Source: Anaerolineae bacterium (GTDB lineage: Bacteria; Chloroflexota; Anaerolineae; B4-G1). From it: a DNA stretch of 62,701 bases. The notes below the pieces were generated by a model. That model was given only the letters and a program-made list of their open reading frames with translations, was not told where the DNA came from and made no database searches. Location of the stretch: the NCBI GenBank assembly GCA_041687115.1, contig JAWLCP010000006.1:1-62701 (forward strand), in the 5' to 3' direction. Made by a program: the position numbers and the translations under genes. This document shows, piece after piece, positions 41,554-50,682 of the stretch. Position 1 is the stretch's first letter. Every line of letters starts with the position of its first letter.

Positions 41554-42558
41554 ATGTTTCAGAAGCAGCTTGGAATTGACCTCGGTACGGTCAACGTCTT
41601 AGTGAACGTCGTCGGACGCGGCATCGTCCTCCAGGAACCATCGATCGTCGCCATCTCCCCGGACGAGTATCGCATCATGGCTGTGGGGGAGGAGGCAAGC
41701 TCGATGATGGGACGGGCGCCGGAGTCTATTGAGGTACTGCGCCCTATGCGTGACGGCGTCATCGCGGACTATCGCGTCACCTACCGCATGCTCCAGTATT
41801 TCATCCGCAAGGCGTGCGGCCAGTTCAATGTCCTGAAGCCGAAGGTGATGGTCAGCGTACCCCATGGGGTCACGAGTGTTGAGAGGCGGGCCGTGCGCGA
41901 GGCGGCGCTTGATGCGGGTGCCGGCGAGGCACGCCTGATACCGGAGCCCCTGGCCGGCGCGATAGGTGCCGGGTTACCGGTCGATACGCCCGCCGGCAGC
42001 ATGGTAGTGAATATGGGTGGGGGGACCAGCCAGGCTGCCGTGGTGTCGCTGAATGGTATCGTGCGCGCGAACTCGATCCGGATCGGCGGGGTGCGCATGA
42101 ACGAGGCGATCATATCGTACGTCCGCCGTAAGTACAACCTGATGATCGGGGAGATGACGGCCGAGAAGGTGAAGATCCGCATTGGTGCCGCGCTCCCCTT
42201 GGACGACGAGAAGACCATACAGGTCCAGGGACGCGATCAGGTGGCAGGCCTTCCTCACCGCATCACCCTCAGCTCCGAGGAGGTTGCCGAGGCGCTGTCT
42301 GAGCCGTTGTCCGCTGTGATCTCCATGATCAAGGCTATGCTGGAGCGGACGCCACCGGAGCTTTCGTCCGATATCATCGATCGCGGCATGGCGCTGATTG
42401 GGGGCGGTGCGCTGCTGCGAAGAATCGACGAGTTGATCACGAAGGAGACCGGTGTGGCGACGTACGTGGCCGATGCGCCGATGGCCTGCGTGGCGCTGGG
42501 AGCAGGGAAGGCGCTCGAGCAGTACGATATCCTCAGACGCACGGTGCCCGATATGTAG
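41554..42558 (+). CDS. mreB: rod shape-determining protein MreB
   Basis: [12 protein letters not shown], the actin-fold phosphate motifs, and [21 protein letters not shown]. Confidence 0.95.
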   Translation: MFQKQLGIDLGTVNVLVNVVGRGIVLQEPSIVAISPDEYRIMAVGEEASSMMGRAPESIEVLRPMRDGVIADYRVTYRMLQYFIRKACGQFNVLKPKVMVSVPHGVTSVERRAVREAALDAGAGEARLIPEPLAGAIGAGLPVDTPAGSMVVNMGGGTSQAAVVSLNGIVRANSIRIGGVRMNEAIISYVRRKYNLMIGEMTAEKVKIRIGAALPLDDEKTIQVQGRDQVAGLPHRITLSSEEVAEALSEPLSAVISMIKAMLERTPPELSSDIIDRGMALIGGGALLRRIDELITKETGVATYVADAPMACVALGAGKALEQYDILRRTVPDM

Positions 42559-42569
42559 GGCATCCGTTC

Positions 42570-43544
42570 TCAGGCGATCACCGATCCATCCACCACTTGC
42601 TGTGCCTTGACCGACGCGCCGCGCAGGACAACGGCTCGTCGGACGACTGCCCCTCGCTGGACACTACATCCCGTCTCCAGGTAGACCTCCGGGCCGATTC
42701 GGCACCTCGCCCCGACTTGAGCCCCGGCCTCGATGCGCACCGGAGGGACGACGGTGGCGTCCGGTGGGATCTGTGGCCTGATCACGGCGGCCTCCGGGGC
42801 TGCGCGCAGGAAATGACGGTTGATGTCCAGGAGATCCCTGGGGTGGGTAAGCGTCATCCTGTCCTTCACAAGCTGCCCGCCCACCCTGCCGCCGTCCGCA
42901 ATCAGAAGACGAAGCGCGTGGGGGAACTCGCGCTCGTTGCGCCGTGACAGCGGCACTCTCGGCACGTAGTCGAGAATCAGCGGCGTCAGGGCGTACAGCG
43001 ACGGTGCGCTCAATGCCCGTAGGTGCCCGCCGTACGAGGGGATCTGGTTGGCCGCCGGCTTCTCCGCGATGTCCGTCACCAGTCCGTCCTCCACGACCAC
43101 ACCCGCGCTCGAGGCGACCTCCTGCTGCGATGTCCACATCAGGGTGAGCGCGGCGTCCAGCCTCTCCTCGCGGCGGCGAACGATCAGGTTGCTCGGGTGG
43201 CGCGGCGGGTAGAGGTTGTCGCAGGAGGCAAGCAGGAACTCGGCAGCACCTGTCCGTTGCACCAGTGGCGCAGCACATCCGACGGCATCCGCCATACCCC
43301 GCCGCTCGGCCTGATAGGCCTGCCAGATCCGGGTTTTCCGTGAGGATCGCGTCAGTTCTTCGAGGAGCTCCTTGTCTTCCGGATGGACAACGACGATGAA
43401 ACGGTCGACCCCCTCCGCCTCCAGCATGTCCAGCACCCGCGCGATCATCGGCTTCCCCGCGATCGGCATCAAGGCCTTGGGCCGATCGTCAGTGAGACGC
43501 CCCAGCCTCATCCCGCGTCCAGCGGCCAATACGACGGCAAGCAT
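42570..43544 (-). CDS. sugar-phosphate nucleotidyltransferase with C-terminal left-handed beta-helix (GlmU/GMPP-like)
   Basis: Internal ATG 43544. MLAVVLAAGRGMRLGRLTDDRPKALMPIAGKPMI is the NTP_transferase signature. C-terminal hexapeptide-like repeats (VRIEAGAQVGARCRIGPEVYLETGCSVQRGAVV). Confidence 0.8.
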   Translation of the reverse strand: MLAVVLAAGRGMRLGRLTDDRPKALMPIAGKPMIARVLDMLEAEGVDRFIVVVHPEDKELLEELTRSSRKTRIWQAYQAERRGMADAVGCAAPLVQRTGAAEFLLASCDNLYPPRHPSNLIVRRREERLDAALTLMWTSQQEVASSAGVVVEDGLVTDIAEKPAANQIPSYGGHLRALSAPSLYALTPLILDYVPRVPLSRRNEREFPHALRLLIADGGRVGGQLVKDRMTLTHPRDLLDINRHFLRAAPEAAVIRPQIPPDATVVPPVRIEAGAQVGARCRIGPEVYLETGCSVQRGAVVRRAVVLRGASVKAQQVVDGSVIA

Positions 43545-43596
43545 ACTACCTCTCGTCCGCCCTGGATTCAGCTTCGTATCGTCGCGGCGGTCTGAC

Positions 43597-44073
43597 TCAA
43601 GGTTCCACCTCGTCTGACGCCGTCCAGTAGGGCCTCTCCTCCTCCCAGCCGTCCTTGAATTGCTCGGGCGGCTCGGCCAAGAGAGAATTGCAGTCGGCCG
43701 TGACGGTGCCATCTGGCAGTCTGATCTCACCGGCCACCTTCGCACCGACACCCCCCAGCTGGTTCACCCAGCCGACAGCGGTCAGACGGGTCCCCGTCGG
43801 GGTCGGGCGTCGGAACCGCACGGTCATGCGCAGTGTGGCCATGAGTCTCTCATCGCCCTCCTGCAGCATCACCGCCCTTCCGGAGACCTCATCCAGAATG
43901 GCGGAGACGATTCCCCCGTGGACAACGCCGGGATACCCCTGGTACTGATCGGAAATCGTGACCTCGGCTCGAACTTGATGCGCTTCGGGGTCCTCGTAGA
44001 ACTCCAGTCTCAGGCCAGCGGGATTCTCTCGGCCACAGACGAAACACATACGAGAGGTAGGTTGTTTGCGCAC
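43597..44073 (-). CDS. PaaI/hotdog-fold thioesterase
   Basis: GTG 44073 lies 7 nt after GGAGGAGA. CFVCGRENPAGLRLEF...GYPGVVHGGIVSAILDEVSG. Confidence 0.75.
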   Translation of the reverse strand: MRKQPTSRMCFVCGRENPAGLRLEFYEDPEAHQVRAEVTISDQYQGYPGVVHGGIVSAILDEVSGRAVMLQEGDERLMATLRMTVRFRRPTPTGTRLTAVGWVNQLGGVGAKVAGEIRLPDGTVTADCNSLLAEPPEQFKDGWEEERPYWTASDEVEP

Positions 44074-44173
44074 GATGTTCTCTCCTCCTGGCAGCAGATC
44101 TATCCGTCGCGGACGAAAGGGTCCGCCCGTCTTGGTGCCAAGCCTCCGGCGACATGCTGAGCTGCAATGGATT

Positions 44174-45427
44174 CTAGGTGAAGCCCTGCAGGTACTCGTT
44201 CCAGCGGTGCACGGCCTCCGGCTCGGGCCCCTCCGCGTCGAGACGAAGCCCCAGAACGCCGGCCATCGATCGGAGGGTCTCCTGCGCCGACCGGACATCG
44301 CGTCCCGCCCGTGCAGCGCGCTGAATGGCCTTCCCGAGATGCTCCAGATGGGCGATGGCGGTCGAGGTGTCGAGGTCGTCGTCCATCGCGTCGCAGAAGC
44401 GCTCCAGCGCGAGGCGGCCCTCCAGCGATTCGCGGTCGCCACCCTCGACGATGACCGTCTCTTGCAGCGTCCGAGCGAGTTCATCCGCCCGCTTGAGCTC
44501 CTGGGGATTGTGCGTCCAGCTCTTGCGGTAGTGGTGGCCCGCCGTGTACAGCCTCAGCGTATCGGGCGACCAGGACTCCAGGAGATCGCACACCATGATC
44601 AGGTTGCCCAGGGACTTGCTCATCTTCTCGCCCTCGTGCCGTACCATCGCCGTGTGGACCCACGTGTGCACGAAGGGCTTCTGCCCTGTCGCACCCTCGG
44701 CCTGAGCGATCTCGCTCTCGTGGTGCGGGAAGGCGAGGTCTGCGCCGCCGCTGTGGACGTTGATCGTGCTGCCCAGATAGTGCACGGCCATGGTGGAGCA
44801 CTCGATGTGCCACCCCGGGCGGCCCGGTCCCCAGGGACTGTCCCAGAAGGGCTCACCGGCTGCCCTGGCCTGCCAGAGCACGAAGTCAAGGGGGTCGCGC
44901 TTGTGCGGATCGTCCGGGTCGTTGCCTCGTTCGTTGGCGATGGGAAGCATCTCTTCGCGCGAGAGGCGGCTCAGCTTCCCGTACTCAGGCCATGCATCGA
45001 TGTCGAAGTAGACGCTGCCCCCTGATTCGTAGGCGACGCCGGCGTCTATCAGCCGCTCTGCCACGTCGAGAATCTGGGGGATGAACTCGGTGGCCCGAGG
45101 GAAATGGTCCGGCGCGCGAACGTTGAGCGCCATCATGTCTCGGATGTAGCGCGCTGTCCAACGATTACCCAGCTCCCTCCAGTTCTCGCCGGTTTCTCGC
45201 GCCTTGCGTAGGATGTCGTCATCCACGTCGGTGACATTCTGGACGTACTCGACTGGCCAGTCCTGGAACTCCAGGTACCGGATCAGGATGTCGATCGTGG
45301 TGTACGTAAAGGCGTGTCCGAGGTGGGTGGTATCATAGGGCGTGATGCCGCATACGTAGACGCTGGCTGCTTCCTGTGCTGGGACAAAGGGCTCAATCTG
45401 GCGGGACAGCGTGTTGTAGAGCTGCAT
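44174..45427 (-). CDS. class I CysRS-family cysteine ligase, short MshC-like form
   Basis: 417 aa. VCGITPYDTTHLGHA (HIGH), YVQNVTDVDDDI, GRPGWHIECS, GGADLAFPHHE, and KMSKS at residues 268-272. Only about 145 residues follow KMSKS. It could still be the housekeeping cysS. Confidence 0.85.
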   Translation of the reverse strand: MQLYNTLSRQIEPFVPAQEAASVYVCGITPYDTTHLGHAFTYTTIDILIRYLEFQDWPVEYVQNVTDVDDDILRKARETGENWRELGNRWTARYIRDMMALNVRAPDHFPRATEFIPQILDVAERLIDAGVAYESGGSVYFDIDAWPEYGKLSRLSREEMLPIANERGNDPDDPHKRDPLDFVLWQARAAGEPFWDSPWGPGRPGWHIECSTMAVHYLGSTINVHSGGADLAFPHHESEIAQAEGATGQKPFVHTWVHTAMVRHEGEKMSKSLGNLIMVCDLLESWSPDTLRLYTAGHHYRKSWTHNPQELKRADELARTLQETVIVEGGDRESLEGRLALERFCDAMDDDLDTSTAIAHLEHLGKAIQRAARAGRDVRSAQETLRSMAGVLGLRLDAEGPEPEAVHRWNEYLQGFT

Positions 45428-45531
45428 ACGTCGCCCTCAGGTCAAGCGGACCGTGGGGCGGGGAGCTCTCGAGCCCCTCCGCCCCGCCCGTTGTCTCAAC
45501 CCCATATCGGCTCTCGGTGGAGATTGCCTGA

Positions 45532-46050
45532 TCAGGCCGAACCACCGCGGCGCCGCGGCCGTAACAGCGGCCGGATGAGCAACAGGATGCCGAGCAGAAT
45601 CAGCAACACCGGCCAATACTGCCCCATGAACCCCAGGGCTCCGAAGACCGACCCAAAGATGCAGAAAAGGGTCAGGCTAATCAGAATAAGCCAACCCCCT
45701 GCGCCAGCAGCCGCACGCGTGTCTCCGCCCAGCAGATCGAACAACACGATGCCGATGCCCACGAACCCGGGGATGAGGGACCAGATGTAGGCCCAGCTGT
45801 CCCAATCTCCGCTGGCGTACTGATACGCGAGTATCCCGCCGATACCTGCGACGATGCTGGCCGGGATCGAGAGTGCCGCCACGCCCGTCGCCGACCCGAT
45901 CAGCAACAGCAGGACGCCGAACCCAATGATGATCCACGGCCATGAGAAATGGATCCTGAGGCCCGGCAGCAACTGGATGACCAGGACCAGCAGGCCGAGA
46001 AGGACCAACAGCAGACCACCGACCAGGTTCGACCTCCGGGTGCGATTCAT
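45532..46050 (-). CDS. LiaI/LiaF-like (DUF5668-type) multi-TM protein
   Basis: 172 aa, almost entirely TM. The W-P-hydrophobic motif occurs twice (SWPWIIIGFGVLLLLIG and YWPVLLILLGILLLIRP). ATGA overlap with the upstream gene. Confidence 0.65.
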   Translation of the reverse strand: MNRTRRSNLVGGLLLVLLGLLVLVIQLLPGLRIHFSWPWIIIGFGVLLLLIGSATGVAALSIPASIVAGIGGILAYQYASGDWDSWAYIWSLIPGFVGIGIVLFDLLGGDTRAAAGAGGWLILISLTLFCIFGSVFGALGFMGQYWPVLLILLGILLLIRPLLRPRRRGGSA

Positions 46051-46508
46051 GGCTGCCCTCCTGTGTCGCTACCCCCGGCCTCGCCGCCTGCCCTCGGGTC
46101 ATGCTGTGAACCCTCCGCCTCCGATGTGGGCTCCTGTCTCTCCATACGCGCGATCGCCCGTTCAAGCTCCGCGTTGATCCTCGTCAGCGCCGACAACAGG
46201 TGCGGACGGGCCTCCCGCCACGTCTGCTCCCCGGCCAGCCGAGCCGACTCGGCCGCCTTATCGGCTTCGCTGCGCAGGGCCCTTGCCTCGGCCGACTCGC
46301 TGGCCTCACTGATCGCGCGATCGATCTTGTCCGCCATCTTCTGCAGGCCCCCCTGGATCGATGCCAGATGCCGTTGCGTGTCTTCCCGCTCCCACGCAGC
46401 GCGGATTGCCCGGTCCAGGCTATTGCCCAATGCCTCGAAGCGCCTGGCGACCTCCTCCCAGGCTTCTTCGGTGGTTTGCTCCTCTCCCCCGACCTGTTCC
46501 TCCTTCAT
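46047..46508 (-). CDS. all-helical A/E/R-rich hypothetical protein
   Basis: 153 aa with no TM helix and a heptad-like charged sequence (WEEVARRFEALGNSLDRAIRAAW..., AEARALRSEADKAAESARLAGEQ). Its stop overlaps the next ATG. Confidence 0.55.
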   Translation of the reverse strand: MKEEQVGGEEQTTEEAWEEVARRFEALGNSLDRAIRAAWEREDTQRHLASIQGGLQKMADKIDRAISEASESAEARALRSEADKAAESARLAGEQTWREARPHLLSALTRINAELERAIARMERQEPTSEAEGSQHDPRAGGEAGGSDTGGQP

Positions 46509-46530
46509 TGGCTACCTCTTGCTTTGTCTG

Positions 46531-47559
46531 TCACTCCAGTTCCTCTAGCTTCTCCTCCCACTTGGAGCGGAGGTTGTTGTACAGATCCTCGCTGATGTCG
46601 CCGTTCATCAGCCGTGCGTCCAGATTGTCCAGCATGTCCCGGACCTCCTTGGCGGTCTGGGGCGTGGGGACAGCTCCGCTGCCTCCTTGCTGCTGTTGCT
46701 GCTGGGCCGGCTGCTGCATGCTCTGCGTCAGCATCTGGGCCATCGCTGCGCCCATCCCGACGCCGGCGCCCAGGCCCACTCCCGCGCCCGCGGTCCCCTC
46801 AGGTTGCTGCGCCGCGTCCCGCATGCCGCGCGCTGCCTGGAACTGGAGATAGGCCTGCATGTCGCCGATGGCGCCCATCGAAGCGCGCTCGTCGATCGCT
46901 TTCGCTGTCTCCTCTGTGGGGCCAATGTACTCGGCGTAGACCGACGTCAGCATGATGCCGCGAGCGGCGAACTCCTCGGCTGCCTTGGCCCGCATGGCTG
47001 CCACCATCTCCTCCGTCTTGGCGGCAATCTCGAGGACCGACTCACCCATCTCGCCGACCAGGTCGGCCAGTTTCGTGAGGATCATCGAGCGGAAGAAGTC
47101 CTTGATGTTTGCCGTCCGGTAGAGCCCTTGCGTGCCCACGATCTTGTTGACGAAGAGCTGGGGGTCGGCGACCTGAATGCCGTACGTCCCCCGCGCCTGC
47201 ACGCGCGCCATCCCGAGCTCCGAATCCTTGATCGTGATGGGCGTGGGGGTACCCCACTTAAGGTCTGTGAACTCGCGGAGGCTCACGAAATAGACTTCGG
47301 CTTTGAACGGCGTCTCGCCGGAGAATGCCTTCCCGATCAGGTTCGTGAGCAGAGGGATGTTCGCTGTGGTGATCGTGTGCCGACCGGGCCCGAACGTATC
47401 GAGCGCCTGACCATCCCGGAAGAACACTGCGGCCTGACTATCGCGAACGATCACCTGGGAGCCGATGCGGAAGTCGCCCGATCCCCTTTCGGGAACCCGG
47501 TGGACCATCTCCGATGCGGACTCGTCCATGAACTCTACTACGTCGAAGACTCGTGCCAT
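46531..47559 (-). CDS. SPFH/Band-7 domain protein of the YdjI/COG4260 type with SHOCT-like C-terminus
   Basis: VVEFMDESASEMVHRVPERGSGDFRIGSQVIVRDSQAAVFFRDGQALDTFGPGRHTITTANIPLL...PFKAEVYFVSLREFTDLKWGT matches the COG4260 N-terminal pattern. The C-terminus EVRDMLDNLDARLMNGDISEDLYNNLRSKW is SHOCT-like. A Gln/Ala/Gly-rich linker joins them. Confidence 0.8.
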   Translation of the reverse strand: MARVFDVVEFMDESASEMVHRVPERGSGDFRIGSQVIVRDSQAAVFFRDGQALDTFGPGRHTITTANIPLLTNLIGKAFSGETPFKAEVYFVSLREFTDLKWGTPTPITIKDSELGMARVQARGTYGIQVADPQLFVNKIVGTQGLYRTANIKDFFRSMILTKLADLVGEMGESVLEIAAKTEEMVAAMRAKAAEEFAARGIMLTSVYAEYIGPTEETAKAIDERASMGAIGDMQAYLQFQAARGMRDAAQQPEGTAGAGVGLGAGVGMGAAMAQMLTQSMQQPAQQQQQQGGSGAVPTPQTAKEVRDMLDNLDARLMNGDISEDLYNNLRSKWEEKLEELE

Positions 47560-47629
47560 TTCTGTTGCCTCCTCTATCTGTGCCTATCAGTGACCGGGCC
47601 CCCGCAGGGGGGTCCGGGGCGCCTTGTCA

Positions 47630-48151
47630 TCACTCAGACTCCAGGATCAAACGGTGGCGTCGATCAAATGTCGTGTTCGCCTCGCGCGTGATCTCTTGTA
47701 TGACCTCGATGGTTTCCTCTATCGCTTCTCCCTCGGAAATCGCTTCCCGCAGGCGATCGTTTGCGACGTCCAACCGGTCAGCGTAATCGATCAGTGCGGC
47801 GTCGAAGTCGTAGAGCTGACTCAGCTCCCCCTCTCTGATCTTGACTGCGTCGAACAGCCCGGCGTAGCCGTAGCTGGCGAACCGAATCCGGTCGGCGAAC
47901 GTCTTGAGTTGAGTCACGGCGCTCTCCACGTCGTCGACCAGCTCCAACCGGCCGTGCTCCAGAAGCTTCTTCTGCGCCGAATCCAGGCGTCGGCGCTGGG
48001 CCTCCAGTTTGTCGGCAAGCATCTCGCGCAGGAGCTTGTCCGCCTGACGCCGCTTCTGGCGTTTCTGATAACCACTCCACCCTGGGATTGCGTTGATCAC
48101 CTTCTCTACAGCTGTGTACTGCTCCTCTACCTTATCGTGGATGTCTGGCAT
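47630..48151 (-). CDS. helical hypothetical protein
   Basis: 173 aa with no TM helix and a charged helical sequence (QKRQKRRQADKLLREMLADKLEAQRRRLDSAQKKLLE). I recognise no family. Confidence 0.5.
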   Translation of the reverse strand: MPDIHDKVEEQYTAVEKVINAIPGWSGYQKRQKRRQADKLLREMLADKLEAQRRRLDSAQKKLLEHGRLELVDDVESAVTQLKTFADRIRFASYGYAGLFDAVKIREGELSQLYDFDAALIDYADRLDVANDRLREAISEGEAIEETIEVIQEITREANTTFDRRHRLILESE

Positions 48152-48239
48152 CTCTCGAATTCTCCTTTTCCCCGACTCGTCAAGTTGGCCGATTGTACCC
48201 GTCTTCTATACGCAAGCGGATCCGGTCGGTTGCGCACTG

Positions 48240-48767
48240 TCACTCGGTCAGGAAGATCTCCACCCCGCAGTAGGGGCACTTGATCACCCCCTTCCCAGCC
48301 AATTCGAGCTCGCCACCGCAGTTGGGGCAGCGATTATTGCCCCGCATCTGGCTTGCGTCCCGGGAATAGAGCATCCTCTCGTCCCAGTTCACGTACCCGG
48401 CAAACAGGTCCTTATCGACCAGGTCGTAGATCCAGGTCTTGACCTGATCGCGGTTCACATCCAGTTCTATGGCTGCCTCGGGGATCGATACTTGTCCCTG
48501 GGTACGGATCATCCCCAGCAGTTTCTGCTTCCTCTCCACCTCGGCCATCGCGGCTGCCTCTCGCTTACCGCGGACCAGCAGGAAGACCCCCACGCCTACG
48601 ATGGGGGCCGCGATGATGAACACCAACACTGCTCCCAGCACGGCTCCCGTGAGCTCCAGGTTGCTTCCAGGCCCGGCAGCGCTGGCCAGAAGCCACGCGC
48701 CGGATAGGACGCAGAGGCCCATACCAGCCGCAATGAGGACAATGCCGAGCGTCTTCCCTGTGTTCAT
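48240..48767 (-). CDS. membrane-anchored wHTH-like / C-terminal zinc-ribbon protein
   Basis: Two N-terminal TM helices, then GMIRTQGQVSIPEAAIELDVNRDQVKTWIYDLVDKDLFAGYV (wHTH-like), then CPNCGGELELAGKGVIKCPYCG. AGGAGG RBS. Confidence 0.65.
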   Translation of the reverse strand: MNTGKTLGIVLIAAGMGLCVLSGAWLLASAAGPGSNLELTGAVLGAVLVFIIAAPIVGVGVFLLVRGKREAAAMAEVERKQKLLGMIRTQGQVSIPEAAIELDVNRDQVKTWIYDLVDKDLFAGYVNWDERMLYSRDASQMRGNNRCPNCGGELELAGKGVIKCPYCGVEIFLTE

Positions 48768-48816
48768 GGTCAGTTATTGCCTCCTTCGCTTCATTGTAAG
48801 CCGCAGATGCCCCACG

Positions 48817-50682
48817 CTATCCAAAGCCGCCTCCACCGCCACCACCACCGCCACCGCCTCCACCTCCACCTCCGGAGAAGCCACCACCGCCGCCGGAGCT
48901 GCTCGGCTGGCTGGAGAGCGTGCTCCCGGCCGAGTTAAGCATCGCCGTCAGGCCGTCGGACATGCTCTGGAGGCTGCCGGACAGGCCGTCGGACATGTCC
49001 TGGAGGGAGCCTGTCGGCCGTCCCATCTCCGCCGGTTTGCCCATCCCGGGCGGTCGAGACCCGCCGGCGTAGCCCGGCCGTGGCATCGGCATGTACCAGA
49101 TGGGGATCGGAACCGGTGCCTTCTCCACGCTCGAGAACTTCCGTACCCAGACCTGGTCGACCCCGAACGCGATGGCGTAGGGGAGGTACTTCTCGAACTG
49201 ACCCGTGGCTTCACTCAGGTCCGTGTACCGTTCGATGTCCTGGAGATAGCGCTTGAACGCCTTCCAGCGCGCCGCCTGCTCCGAGCCTTTGTGGGTCTTC
49301 GCCGGCATCCATTGCCCCACAATCGCCAGCCCGATGGCGGTGATGCCCATCCCCACAAAGGGGCAGATCACCGCGCCGGTATACTCGGAGAAGATGGCCG
49401 CAGCCGAGATGCCGCAGGCGAACACGCCCGCCAGCACCGCGAGTCCCAGCCCCACGTACCGCTTACGAACCTGACTGGGGTTTCCCGTGAAGTACCCTCT
49501 CTTCACAAGCTGCTTGTACAGCTGGCGGTTGATGCCGGGGATGGCCCGGTAGAACTCGTTCCGCAGGTCGGACATACGTCGCGACTCGCGTCCTTTGAAC
49601 ACGTCCCGTAGCAGTTGCTGCTCGTAGGACAGCAGGTCACCACTCTCTTTCTCGGTGCGGTGGAACGTGAAGTCGTAACCGCTTCTGATGCCGAGGAGGC
49701 CGCGCTCCTGACCTTCTTCGATGGTCAGGTACCCCCGCCGGGCGAGATCCACGAGGGTGGCGACGATGTCCTCCATGTCTGCCTTCTCGTCCACAAGCGT
49801 CCCCGCGACTCCCGGCCGGTCGTCCGATGGTGGCTCCGACAGGTACTCGGCCGGCAGGGACACCTCCGGATCGCGCCCGCGCAGATACCACAGGAGCACG
49901 AGCAAGAGTGGCCCACCCACCAGAAACACCACGCCGAGAGCGCCGAGACCGAGGCTCACGATATCTCTGTACCTCTCGTCCCAGACGGCTCTGCGGTCGT
50001 AGGCCGCCTGCCAGTCCGGCTTCGACCCTTGAACGATGCCGTGGGGAAACTGGACGCGCACCTCGAATTCCTGGCCCGGGTCAATCCTCTCTTGGGCGGT
50101 GAAGGCGACCGTGCCCGTGCTCCTTCCGCTTATCGACGCCTTCGTGTCATAGGCTGCCACTGGATCGGCCGTTGCTCCCCGTGGCAGCTCTACGGTCACC
50201 GTTGAGTTGTAGACCGGGAAGTCGCGGTCGGCGTAGACCGCCTTCCAGTACAGCTGATCGCCGCCGTCGTAGTAGCGGAGGCCGCCCGTGACGGTGTACC
50301 GCAGGATAAACGTATGGGACGTGTTCGAGGTGTAGGGAAACTCCCACCGGATCCGAAAATCCCCGTCCTCCACCGAGGTCTGATAGGTGTAGCTGCCACC
50401 CCGACCTGGCTCATACTGACGTTCCCCCTCCCACACCTCCACGTCTGTAATGCCCTCGAGCCGATCCATGGGGATGTTGCGGTACCCGAAGTGGAAGGAC
50501 CCGCTGGTGAAGGCTATCTCCTGCACCTCCTCCACTCGGAAGTCGCCGTTTTCCAAGACCTCGATGTTGACGTCGAAGCGTTCCCAATGAAGCGTCTGCG
50601 TCTGAGCCTGAGTCGTTCCGGTGAGGACGAGCCCCGCCGCCAGGGCGACCAGCAGAATCCAGTGGAGTTGTTTCACCTTCAT
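48817..50682 (-). CDS. DUF2207 family membrane protein with poly-Gly C-terminus
   Basis: ATG 50682 (AAGGAA RBS). The longer ORF start at 50826 lies inside the acpP terminator. Signal peptide, FDVNIEVLENGDFRVEEVQEIAFTSGSFHFGYRNIP, internal TM helices, and the tail SSGGGGGFSGGGGGGGGGGGGGGGGFG. Confidence 0.8.
   Translation of the reverse strand: MKVKQLHWILLVALAAGLVLTGTTQAQTQTLHWERFDVNIEVLENGDFRVEEVQEIAFTSGSFHFGYRNIPMDRLEGITDVEVWEGERQYEPGRGGSYTYQTSVEDGDFRIRWEFPYTSNTSHTFILRYTVTGGLRYYDGGDQLYWKAVYADRDFPVYNSTVTVELPRGATADPVAAYDTKASISGRSTGTVAFTAQERIDPGQEFEVRVQFPHGIVQGSKPDWQAAYDRRAVWDERYRDIVSLGLGALGVVFLVGGPLLLVLLWYLRGRDPEVSLPAEYLSEPPSDDRPGVAGTLVDEKADMEDIVATLVDLARRGYLTIEEGQERGLLGIRSGYDFTFHRTEKESGDLLSYEQQLLRDVFKGRESRRMSDLRNEFYRAIPGINRQLYKQLVKRGYFTGNPSQVRKRYVGLGLAVLAGVFACGISAAAIFSEYTGAVICPFVGMGITAIGLAIVGQWMPAKTHKGSEQAARWKAFKRYLQDIERYTDLSEATGQFEKYLPYAIAFGVDQVWVRKFSSVEKAPVPIPIWYMPMPRPGYAGGSRPPGMGKPAEMGRPTGSLQDMSDGLSGSLQSMSDGLTAMLNSAGSTLSSQPSSSGGGGGFSGGGGGGGGGGGGGGGGFG
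48820..48897 (-). repeat. low-complexity GGN codon run (coding poly-Gly tail of DUF2207)
   Basis: The plus strand reads ccaaagccgcctccaccgccaccaccaccgccaccgcctccacctccacc... Confidence 0.9.

Noticed and set aside
45428-45531. GC-rich imperfect palindrome (GGGGCGGGGAGCTC/GAGCCCCTCCGCCCC) after the LiaF-like gene, considered as a terminator
   Set aside because: There is no U tract on the minus strand after the hairpin, so I do not call it an intrinsic terminator.
48820-48897. Tandem short-period repeat that could be mistaken for a CRISPR or VNTR
   Set aside because: It is a GGN codon run encoding the poly-Gly tail of the DUF2207 protein. It has no spacer structure.
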